A DNA stretch of 64,000 bases. It comes from an uncultured Actinomycetota bacterium (GTDB taxonomy: Bacteria; Actinomycetota; Actinomycetes; Propionibacteriales; Nocardioidaceae). The stretch lies in contig CAWGVX010000002.1 in NCBI GenBank assembly GCA_963826155.1, positions 455,814 to 519,813 on the forward strand. Reading direction: 5' to 3'. Under the pieces are notes generated by a model. It was not told the origin of the DNA and did no database searches. It worked only from the letters and a program-made list of their open reading frames with translations. Below, in pieces: positions 56,525-64,000 of this stretch. Positions within the stretch are counted from its first letter, which is position 1. The number at the start of each line of letters is the position of its first letter. The translations under genes and the position numbers were made by a program.

Positions 56525-56547
56525 AATCTCAGTCTGGAATCTCTGTC
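56525..56547 (+). repeat. Tandem 13-bp-period AATCTC(A/T)GTC repeats (arm-type-like, left end)
   Basis: aatctcagtc-tgg-aatctctgtc; the 14-mer CTGGAATCTCTGTC recurs at 61104-61117. Confidence 0.65.
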
Positions 56548-56615
56548 TGACACAGGTTCTCGAGACCCAGGGGGAGGGGCTTGCCGCTAGTGGTCAGTGT
56601 CGCATGGTTGACAGG

Positions 56616-57269
56616 TCAGATCTCGACGCGGAGAAAGGTCAGCACCGCGAGGACGCGGCGGTGATCGTCGCTGGTGTCGGGGAGGTTGAGCTTGGTGAAG
56701 ATGTTGGAGATGTGTTTCTCGACTGCGCCGAGCGTGACGACCAGTTCTTTGGCGATGCCGGCGTTGGTGCGGCCTTCGGCCATCAGCGCGAGTGTCTCGC
56801 GTTCGCGTGGTGTGAGTGGGTCGAGTTCGTTGCTGCTTGCTGAGCGGACGCGTACGAGCTCGGAGACGACCTCGCGGTCCAGGGCAGTGCCGCCGGCCGC
56901 GACGCGTTGTAGCGCGTCGACGAACTCGGCGATGTCGCTGACTCGCTCCTTGAGGAGGTAGCCGAGGCCGCCGCCGGGTGAGTCGAGGAGCTCGGCGGTG
57001 TACACGGGTTCGACGTACTGCGACAGGATGAGGGCGGCTAGCTCTGGGTGCTTGGCCCTCGCGGAGATGGCTGCGCGGATGCCTTCGTCGGTGAAGGTGG
57101 GAGGCAGGCGGACGTCGATGATCGCGAGGTCTGGGTTGTGCTCGGCGATGATGTCGAGCAGGCCGGGGCCGGTGTCGGTGAAGGCCACGACCTCGATGTC
57201 GACGTCGTTGAGCAGGGCGATGAGTCCCTCGCGTAGGAGTGCGTGATCCTCGGCGATCACTACGCGCAC
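56616..57269 (-). CDS. NarL/LuxR family response regulator
   Basis: VIAEDH, IDVRLPP, YLLK, LTPRERETLALMAEGRTNAGIA...VEKHISNIFTKL. Confidence 0.95.
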   Translation of the reverse strand: MRVVIAEDHALLREGLIALLNDVDIEVVAFTDTGPGLLDIIAEHNPDLAIIDVRLPPTFTDEGIRAAISARAKHPELAALILSQYVEPVYTAELLDSPGGGLGYLLKERVSDIAEFVDALQRVAAGGTALDREVVSELVRVRSASSNELDPLTPRERETLALMAEGRTNAGIAKELVVTLGAVEKHISNIFTKLNLPDTSDDHRRVLAVLTFLRVEI

Positions 57270-58306
57270 GGCACCTCCGCATGGACGTGTGTTGGCCCTC
57301 CCTCGGGTGAGAAGAGCTCGAACGTGCCGTCTAGGGCCTCGACACGCGCCCGCAAGCCTTGCACACCGGTTCCCGTCAGGTCGACGCCGCCGGGGCCTTG
57401 GTCGGTGACGTCGGCGGCCAATGAGTCGAGGGCGTAAGTGAGGCGGATGTGGACAGCGGAGCCTGGGGCGTGCTTGGTCGCGTTCGTCAACGCTTCGGCG
57501 ACCACGAAGTAGATGGCACTCTCGGCCGCGGGCGGTGGACGGTTGCTGTCGCTGGGGCTCGCGCCGATGACCTCGATCGTGGCGCTTCCGCGCTGGGTGA
57601 GGGACTGGATGGCTGCGACCAGGCCCCGGTCGGCCAGCACGGGCGGTGCGATGCCTCGGGAGATGTCACGCAGTTCGCCGATGGCGAGGTTGGCCTCCTC
57701 GCGGGCGGCGCGGACGAGGGCGGCTGCCTTGGGTTCGTGGGCGACGGCGAGCTCGGCGCGGCCGAGCTGCATGGTGAGGGCGACCAGTCGGGCCTGCGCG
57801 CCGTCGTGGAGGTCGCGCTCGATGCGGCGCAGCTCCGCGGCCTGGGCGTCGACGGCTTGGCGACGGGTTCGGCTGAGGGTGTCGACGCGTTCCTGCAGCT
57901 TGCGGGTCCCGAAGGCAGGGAGATCGTCGCGGAGGTCGATGAGGGCGTGCAGGCCCAGCAGGACGCCGAGGCCGATGACGGACCAGAGCACCCACGGTCC
58001 CTGGTGGCCGGTGAAGGCCCACACGAACACCAGGGCGACGGACAGCGTGATGGTGACTTCCAGGTGCAGTCGCACTCGGGCATGCGGGGTGTTGGGCGTG
58101 CCGCGCACGTGCTGTCGCCACAGGAGCGGGACCAGGACGGTCGCGCACCCGAGGATGACCCAGCTCGGCCAGAAGTAGCCTCCTCCGGCTGCGACCCAGA
58201 CGGCCACGCAGGTCAGCACGGTGATGAGGCTGAGAGCGGTCAGGAACGCCAGGGGCGAGGCGACCGGTCGGTTCGCCTCGCCTCGACGGGGGGTGATACC
58301 CCTCAT
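57260..58306 (-). CDS. Membrane sensor histidine kinase (HisKA_3)
   Basis: Four TM segments, IERDLHDGAQARL, AEALTNATKHA, DQGPGG, GLRARVEALDG. Confidence 0.92.
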   Translation of the reverse strand: MRGITPRRGEANRPVASPLAFLTALSLITVLTCVAVWVAAGGGYFWPSWVILGCATVLVPLLWRQHVRGTPNTPHARVRLHLEVTITLSVALVFVWAFTGHQGPWVLWSVIGLGVLLGLHALIDLRDDLPAFGTRKLQERVDTLSRTRRQAVDAQAAELRRIERDLHDGAQARLVALTMQLGRAELAVAHEPKAAALVRAAREEANLAIGELRDISRGIAPPVLADRGLVAAIQSLTQRGSATIEVIGASPSDSNRPPPAAESAIYFVVAEALTNATKHAPGSAVHIRLTYALDSLAADVTDQGPGGVDLTGTGVQGLRARVEALDGTFELFSPEGGPTHVHAEVPCA

Positions 58307-60582
58307 GCTGTGTCCTGTCCTTCGGGAGCACTGATGGCGGCATTCTTCCAGCCGGGCATCCGCCAGCCGCGCTCTCCGAGGAGGGCGACGACGGCTGGCA
58401 GAGCTACGCCTCGCACCAGTGTCGCGTCGATCAGGACCGCTGCCGCAAGGCCCACACCCAGCTGCTTGAAGGTGATGACGTCTAGCGTCGCGAAGATCGA
58501 GAACACGGCGACCATGACGATGGCGGCGCTGGTGATCGTGCCCGCGGTGGCGCCGACACCCTCCGCGGCAGCAGCGCGGGGGCTCAGCCCCGCAAGACGC
58601 GCCTCGCGGATGCGCTCGAGGACCAGCACGGTGTAGTCCATGGAGAGCCCGAACAGCACCACGAACATGAACAGGGGCAGCCAGTTGATGATGTGCCCGG
58701 TGGAGTGGAAGTGGAGCAGGCCTTCTGCCCAGCTGTGCTGGAAGACCAGCGTGAGGACGCCGTAGGCGGCGCCCACGGAGAGCAGGTTCAACCCCATCAC
58801 AGCCGCCGCCAGGAGGGGCGACCGGAAGGTCAGCAGCAACAGCAGGAAACCGAGCAGCAGAACGAACCCGATGACCTCAGGGGTGGCCACGCTCATGCGG
58901 TCGGAGTAGTCCATGGTCGACGCGGCATCGCCGGTGACCAGCGCGGACGAGGTGACGCCGTCGATCTTGGTCGCCTCCGGCGCGACGTCCGTCCGCAGCT
59001 GCGTGATGGTGTCGCTCGCCTCGTCGAGGCTCTGGTCCGGCATCGGCACATTCACGCGGGCGACCTGACCATCGGAGGAGACCGTGACGGTGATCGGGCC
59101 CTGTCCACCGGTGGCCTTGCTCGCCTGCTGCCCGAGGGCGGTGAGGGCTTTCTTGGCGTCGGGGGTGTCGAGGTCGTGGCCGGAGACGACCAGCTGGCTG
59201 TCCGATGGGGCGCCGGGGAACGACGTCTCGATGGCGTTGAGCGCCTGGACCACCGGGAGGTCTTGGGGCAGGTCGGCGACCTGTAGGTCCCCGGTCTGCA
59301 TCGAGGCGAACGGGACGGTCAGGGCACCGAGGACGCCGACAGCGGCCAGGAGGAACCCGAGCGGGTGGTTGGTGACGACGCGGGCGAGCCGGGCCCAGAA
59401 GCCGTTCGGCCGGCCGGCAGCCGAGGCGCGCTGCTCTCGTCGGGCGCGGGCCGCGGCGCGGCGGCGGTAGCCCGGGATGCGGCCACGGTCGACGCGGTCA
59501 CCGAGAAGGGCGAGCGTCGCGGGCAGCACGGTGAGCGAGCCGAGCACGGCGATCGCGACCACCGTCATGGTGCCCAGGCCGATCGAGACGAGGTCGCCGG
59601 CGCCGGTGATGAGCAGGCCGGCCAGGGAGATGATCACGGTGAGTCCCGAGATGAAGATCGCTCGGCCCACGGACGCGGCTGCAGCGATCAACGCGGACTC
59701 CGGCATGGCCCGACCGGCAACGCGTGCCGGCCCGCGGCCGCGGCGGCGCTCCTCACGCTCGCGGCGCACGTAGAACAGGGAGTAGTCGACCCCGACCGCG
59801 AGACCGATGAGAACGACGATCGCCGAGGTCGACCCGCTGTTGGGTGCGATGTGCGACACCAACCCCAGGGCACCGATGGCCGCGACCACGGAGGTGAGGC
59901 CCAGCACGAGCGGCACGCTGGCGGCGACGAGGGCGCCGAACGCCAGGACGAGGATCAGCAGCGTCAGCGGCAGTGAAATCATCTCGGCACGGTGAAGACC
60001 CGTCCCGATGACGTCGTTGATCGCCTTGGTCTCGGTCCCGTCGCCGACCTCCTGGAGCTGAGTGCCTGGATGTGCGGCTTCGACCTTGTCGTTGAGCTCG
60101 AGTAGCGGGTCGACGTGGTCGGCGGCATCGTCGGGGTTCCCGCTCAGCTGGACCTGCACGAGAACGGTCCGGCCACCATCGGCGACCAGCTCCTCAGACT
60201 GAGCCGGCCCCGTCACCGACGCCACGCTCGGCAGGGCGGCCGCCTGCTTGGTCAGGTCAGCAGCCGCATCGCTCGCCTTGGTCGCCGTAGGTGCCGTGAT
60301 CGGGATGTTCTCCGTGGCAGGGTCACGAAGCCCCTTCTGCTGAAGGAGGGAGTCGGCCTGCGCAGACTCACCGACCTCCGACTGAACCTCGGTGAGGTTC
60401 TGGGTGCCGACGAAGCTGCCCATGGCGACGCACGCCACCACGAACAGCAACCACGCGGCGATGATCTTCCTCGGATGACGCTGCGCGACCAACGCGGACC
60501 CCCGCACCAAACGAACCAAAGAGCCCTGCGACTTCGTCGTCGGCAGGTCGCCGCCGCGCTCGCGAGAGAGGGAGAAAGTCAT
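58303..60582 (-). CDS. MMPL (RND-superfamily) transporter
   Basis: GLAVGVDYSLF and FGLSMDYTVLVLERIRE motifs; two extracytoplasmic loops. Confidence 0.93.
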   Translation of the reverse strand: MTFSLSRERGGDLPTTKSQGSLVRLVRGSALVAQRHPRKIIAAWLLFVVACVAMGSFVGTQNLTEVQSEVGESAQADSLLQQKGLRDPATENIPITAPTATKASDAAADLTKQAAALPSVASVTGPAQSEELVADGGRTVLVQVQLSGNPDDAADHVDPLLELNDKVEAAHPGTQLQEVGDGTETKAINDVIGTGLHRAEMISLPLTLLILVLAFGALVAASVPLVLGLTSVVAAIGALGLVSHIAPNSGSTSAIVVLIGLAVGVDYSLFYVRREREERRRGRGPARVAGRAMPESALIAAAASVGRAIFISGLTVIISLAGLLITGAGDLVSIGLGTMTVVAIAVLGSLTVLPATLALLGDRVDRGRIPGYRRRAAARARREQRASAAGRPNGFWARLARVVTNHPLGFLLAAVGVLGALTVPFASMQTGDLQVADLPQDLPVVQALNAIETSFPGAPSDSQLVVSGHDLDTPDAKKALTALGQQASKATGGQGPITVTVSSDGQVARVNVPMPDQSLDEASDTITQLRTDVAPEATKIDGVTSSALVTGDAASTMDYSDRMSVATPEVIGFVLLLGFLLLLLTFRSPLLAAAVMGLNLLSVGAAYGVLTLVFQHSWAEGLLHFHSTGHIINWLPLFMFVVLFGLSMDYTVLVLERIREARLAGLSPRAAAAEGVGATAGTITSAAIVMVAVFSIFATLDVITFKQLGVGLAAAVLIDATLVRGVALPAVVALLGERGWRMPGWKNAAISAPEGQDTA

Positions 60583-60655
60583 ACCTCAATCGTCGAAGAA
60601 TGCGCCCGCTCGGTCACTGGAGCCAACCGGCGTCCAGCTCAGCGGGCACCCCCCC

Positions 60656-60689
60656 GGACTCATGGTGGGGATAACCCCACCATGAGTCC
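60656..60689. promoter_or_regulatory. Perfect 15-bp inverted repeat upstream of the MMPL gene, putative response-regulator operator
   Basis: GGACTCATGGTGGGG-ATAA-CCCCACCATGAGTCC. Confidence 0.55.
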
Positions 60690-60811
60690 ATGGTGAAAGG
60701 TTGTGGCTGCCGCCTGGACTGGCGCCGCGCGCAACCAGCCTCACGCGCCGTAGGACCCCGGACTGCCCGCGGGCTAGGTCATTTCCATCTCGGCCTTGGT
60801 GAGGTGTTCCC

Positions 60812-60996
60812 TTACCAGGACGTATCTTCAGGGGTGTCGAGGCGGTACTTGCCGCCGAGGACGGGCCGGGGAGAGCCGGGCGTCTTGAGGTGTACGTAGC
60901 CCTGTGTCTTGCCCCAGCCGTAGCGGGCGAAGACGTCGCGGGCGGACAGGAACTGTGCCGGGGGGCGAGCCCCTCGAGCGTTGTTGGTGTGGTCAT
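60812..60996 (-). pseudogene. AlpA/excisionase-like small HTH gene, frameshifted
   Basis: ATG at 60996 gives [11 protein letters not shown]; after the C6 run (60960-60965) another frame gives [43 protein letters not shown]. Confidence 0.65.
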
Positions 60997-61103
60997 GGGG
61001 TGGAACGTGCTGGCTCTGAAATCGGCCGCAATCACGGAGTTCTGGTCGTCCCTGACCCGGTCTGGACCCGGCCGGACGGACCGGTCGGAACCAGCTCTTC
61101 TGC

Positions 61104-61123
61104 CTGGAATCTCTGTCGGGAAT
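61104..61123 (+). repeat. CTGGAATCTCTGTC plus partial second copy (arm-type-like, right end)
   Basis: ctggaatctctgtc-ggg-aatcc; the 14-mer is identical to 56534-56547. Confidence 0.65.
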
Positions 61124-61173
61124 CCCAAGCAGCTGCTCGCCTGTCACTTGGGCAGTGGCAGAGACTGGTCACT

Positions 61174-63162
61174 ATGCCCAACCGTCTCGCTGCATCATTG
61201 AGCCCGTACCTGCAGCAGCACAAGGACAATCCGGTGGACTGGTGGGAGTGGGGACCCGAGCCGTTCGCTGAGGCTCGCCGGTTAGACATACCTGTCCTTT
61301 TGAGCGTCGGGTACGCCGCGTGCCACTGGTGCCACGTGATGGCGCACGAGTCGTTCGAGGACGAGGCGACCGCGGCCTACCTCAACGAGCACTTCGTCGC
61401 GATCAAGGTCGACCGCGAGGAGCGGCCCGACGTCGACGCGGTCTACATGCAGGCGACCACGGCGATGACCGGGCAGGGCGGCTGGCCGATGACGGTGGTG
61501 CTCGACCACGACGGCACCCCGTTCTTCGCCGGCACCTACTTCCCAGACAAGCCGCGGCACGGCCAGCCGTCGTTCGGCCAGGTGCTGCAGGCGCTCGTCG
61601 ACGCGTGGCGGGACCGCGGCGACGACGTACGCCGGGTCGCGGGCAGCGTCCGCGAGCACCTCAGCCAGGGGCTGTCGCTCACCGGTTCGGCCCAGCCCAT
61701 CGGCGCCGAGCTGCTCGACGCCGCGGTCGCGACGCTGGCCGGGGAGCTCGACGCGCGCAACGGCGGGTTCGGCGGCGCGCCGAAGTTCCCGCCGTCGATG
61801 GTGCTGGAGCTCTTGGCCCGCCATGCGGTCGCGACAGGCTCGACCAGCGAGGGGCGCGAGCGCGCGACGGTGATGCTCGACGCGACCTGCGAGGCGATGG
61901 CCCGCGGCGGGATCTACGACCAGCTCGGCGGGGGCTTCGCGCGCTACTCGGTCGACGCCGGCTGGGTGGTGCCGCACTTCGAGAAGATGCTCTACGACAA
62001 CGCCCAGCTGCTCGGTGTCTACGCCCGCTGGGGCGGGCCGCTGGGGGACAGGGTCGCCCGCGAGACCGCCGACTTCCTGCTCCGCGAGCTGCGCACGGCC
62101 GAGGGCGGGTTCGCCTCCGCGCTCGACGCCGACAGCGAGGGTGTCGAGGGCCGGTTCTACTCCTGGACGCCGGCGCAGCTGGCCGAGGTGCTGACCCCCG
62201 AGGACGCCGCCTGGGCCGCGCAGGTCTTCGAGGTCACCGAGGCCGGCACCTTCGAGCACGGCGCCTCCACGCTGCAGCTGCTCCGCGACCCCGAGGGCCC
62301 GGGGGAGCAGCGGCTGCGCGACGTGCGCACGGTGCTGCTCGCCGCCCGCGAGACCCGGGTCCGGCCGGCCCGCGACGACAAGGTGGTCGCGGCCTGGAAC
62401 GGGCTGGCGATCTCCGGGCTCTGTGCGGCCGGGCTGCTGCTCGAGGAGCCGTCGTACGTCGAGGCCGCGGCGACCGCCGGCGAGCTGCTCGCCTCGTTGC
62501 ACATCGTGGACGGCCGGCTGCGCCGGGTCTCCCGCGACGGCGTGGTGGGCCGGCACGCGGCGGTGCTCGAGGACCTCGGCTGCGTGGCCGCCGGCTACCT
62601 CGCGCTGCTCCGGGCCACCGGCGACGCGGTGTGGCTGGAGCGCGCCCGGGTGCTGCTCGACGACGCGCTGATGAGGTTCCGCGCCGAGGACGGCGGCTTC
62701 TTCGACACCGGCTCCGACGCCGAGGCGCTGGTCGCCCGGCCGCGGGACCCGTCGGACAACGCCAGCCCGTCCGGCCTGTCCGCGACCGTGCACGCGCTCG
62801 CCGAGTACGCCGCGCTCACCGGCTCCGGCCGGCACCGGCAGGCCGCCGAGGAGGCGCTCGCGACGGTGGCGGCGCTGGCCGAGCGGGCGCCCCGGTTCGC
62901 CGGCTGGTCGCTCGCGGCCGCCGAGGCGATGCTCGACGGACCGTTGGAGATCGCGGTCGTCGGCCCCGCCGGACCGGACCGCGACGCGCTCGCCGCCCGC
63001 GCCCGGCGGGTCCCCGGCGCAGTGGTCGTCGTCGCCGACGGGCCCCGCGAGGACGTGCCCCTGCTGGTCGGGCGGACCGCGGTCGACGGCCGCGCGGCGG
63101 CGTACGTCTGCCGGCACCAGGTCTGCGAACGCCCGGTCACCGACCCAGCCGACCTCCCCTGA
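61174..63162 (+). CDS. YyaL/DUF255 (SPATA20-like) thioredoxin-domain + alpha/alpha-toroid protein; 5' end supplied by the island
   Basis: [64 protein letters not shown]. Confidence 0.93.
   Translation: MPNRLAASLSPYLQQHKDNPVDWWEWGPEPFAEARRLDIPVLLSVGYAACHWCHVMAHESFEDEATAAYLNEHFVAIKVDREERPDVDAVYMQATTAMTGQGGWPMTVVLDHDGTPFFAGTYFPDKPRHGQPSFGQVLQALVDAWRDRGDDVRRVAGSVREHLSQGLSLTGSAQPIGAELLDAAVATLAGELDARNGGFGGAPKFPPSMVLELLARHAVATGSTSEGRERATVMLDATCEAMARGGIYDQLGGGFARYSVDAGWVVPHFEKMLYDNAQLLGVYARWGGPLGDRVARETADFLLRELRTAEGGFASALDADSEGVEGRFYSWTPAQLAEVLTPEDAAWAAQVFEVTEAGTFEHGASTLQLLRDPEGPGEQRLRDVRTVLLAARETRVRPARDDKVVAAWNGLAISGLCAAGLLLEEPSYVEAAATAGELLASLHIVDGRLRRVSRDGVVGRHAAVLEDLGCVAAGYLALLRATGDAVWLERARVLLDDALMRFRAEDGGFFDTGSDAEALVARPRDPSDNASPSGLSATVHALAEYAALTGSGRHRQAAEEALATVAALAERAPRFAGWSLAAAEAMLDGPLEIAVVGPAGPDRDALAARARRVPGAVVVVADGPREDVPLLVGRTAVDGRAAAYVCRHQVCERPVTDPADLP
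61322..61343 (+). repeat. attR-like core, 22-bp direct repeat
   Basis: Identical to 56408-56429; spans the CHWCHVMA codons. Confidence 0.9.
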
Positions 63163-63169
63163 CCCTGCG

Positions 63170-63270
63170 CGAGACGGCACTTCGGTCAAGTCTCACGGCG
63201 CCGAGACGGCACTTGTGCCGGCGCGAGTGCCGTCTCGGCACGTCGGGAGTTGATGCAAGTGCCCTCTCGC
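63170..63270. repeat. Intergenic palindromic element (GGCACTT...AAGTGCC family)
   Basis: 14-bp stem 63200-63213/63226-63239; reverse-complement matches to 31415-31423 and 31440-31450. Confidence 0.65.
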
Positions 63271-63331
63271 CATTCCGTCGGCCGCTACCGGCGGGTACGT
63301 TCGGCACCACCTCCGAGGTGAAGGACGTCAC

Positions 63332-64000
63332 ATGGCATCGAGCGACACAGCGACGAGCAGGGCCGAGAGCTACGACTACGTGATCGTCGGCGCGGGCAGC
63401 GCCGGCGCGGTGCTCGCGGCGCGGCTCAGCGAGGAGCCGCGCACGACCGTGCTGCTGCTCGAGGCCGGGGGCGAGGCCGACGCCGACGAGATCCGCATCC
63501 CGGCCGCCTTCGCGAGCCTGTTCCAGACCCGGTGGGACTGGAACTACAGCACCACCGAGCAGAAGCAGCTGCACGACCGGCGGGCCTACTGGCCGCGGAT
63601 GAAGGCGCTCGGCGGCTGCTCCTCGATGAACGCGATGATCTACATCCGCGGCAACCGCGCCGACTACGACGGCTGGCGCGACCAGTACGGCGCCGCCGGG
63701 TGGGGCTACGACGACTGCCTGCCCTACTTCGTCAGGGCCGAGGACAACACCCGCCTCGGGAGCCCGTTCCACGGTCGCGGCGGCCCCCTGCACGTCGAGG
63801 ACCGGGTCTACACCCACGAGCTCAGCGAGCTGTTCGTCGAGAGCGCGGTCGCCGCCGGCCTGAAGCGCAACGACGACTTCAACGGCGCCGAGCAGCAGGG
63901 CGCGGGCCAGTACCAGGTCACCTGCCGCGGCGGCCGCCGCTGGTCGACCAACGAGGCCTACCTCCGCCCGGCCCGCGACCGGGAGAACCTCACCGTCGCC
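63332..64000 (+). CDS. GMC oxidoreductase (choline dehydrogenase-like), runs off the window
   Basis: YDYVIVGAGSAG, LLLEAGG, KALGGCSSMNAMIYIRG, GWGYDDCLPYF. Confidence 0.92.
   Translation, partial: MASSDTATSRAESYDYVIVGAGSAGAVLAARLSEEPRTTVLLLEAGGEADADEIRIPAAFASLFQTRWDWNYSTTEQKQLHDRRAYWPRMKALGGCSSMNAMIYIRGNRADYDGWRDQYGAAGWGYDDCLPYFVRAEDNTRLGSPFHGRGGPLHVEDRVYTHELSELFVESAVAAGLKRNDDFNGAEQQGAGQYQVTCRGGRRWSTNEAYLRPARDRENLTVA

Larger units (their letters stand above)
56408..61343. mobile_element. Integrase-less genomic island (~4.9 kb) in a YyaL/DUF255 gene
   Basis: 22-bp direct repeats, duplicated gene 5' end, more A/T-ending codons, AlpA/Xis-like remnant, internal end repeats. Confidence 0.85.

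Noticed and set aside
60586-61128. 180-aa minus-strand ORF in the island
   Set aside because: Only the stretch from ATG 60996 to the homopolymer looks real; the coding signal continues in another frame (AlpA-like remnant).
56430-61321. Integrase, transposase, relaxase or phage genes in the island
   Set aside because: No R-H-R-Y tyrosine recombinase, serine recombinase, DDE or HUH motifs in any frame that I could recognise.
61282-63817. 635-aa and 226-aa minus-strand ORFs and a 687-aa alternative plus frame
   Set aside because: Shadows of yyaL and the GMC oxidoreductase.

Overview
High-GC actinobacterial chromosome segment, Nocardioides-like by gene content and repeat style (inference). It is mostly housekeeping and stress genes: a dormancy-type cluster (CBS/BON, USP, PNPOx-like), an AAA+/VWA pair, several VOC/glyoxalase genes, msrA, metB, a glmL-like gene, ilvA, greA, mca, an Acg nitroreductase, rpf under a c-di-AMP riboswitch, a five-gene type III PKS/prenyltransferase operon, crcB-crcB-DUF190 under a fluoride riboswitch, an arsenic-resistance cluster, rnj and a partial GMC oxidoreductase. 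The most striking structure is a ~4.9-kb integrase-less genomic island (56408-61343). It is inserted into the CHWC-motif codons of a YyaL/DUF255 thioredoxin-domain gene and bounded by a perfect 22-bp direct repeat. The island supplies a replacement 5' end with foreign codon usage that restores the host gene. It also carries tandem arm-type-like repeats at both ends, a frameshifted AlpA/Xis-like remnant and an MMPL plus two-component cargo. The original 5' end has a 7-bp deletion, so excision would now break the host gene. Several families of intergenic palindromic (REP/MITE-like) repeats and two internally deleted pseudogenes are also present. No rRNA, tRNA or CRISPR array was seen. All family assignments come from motif recognition by eye; no database search was run.
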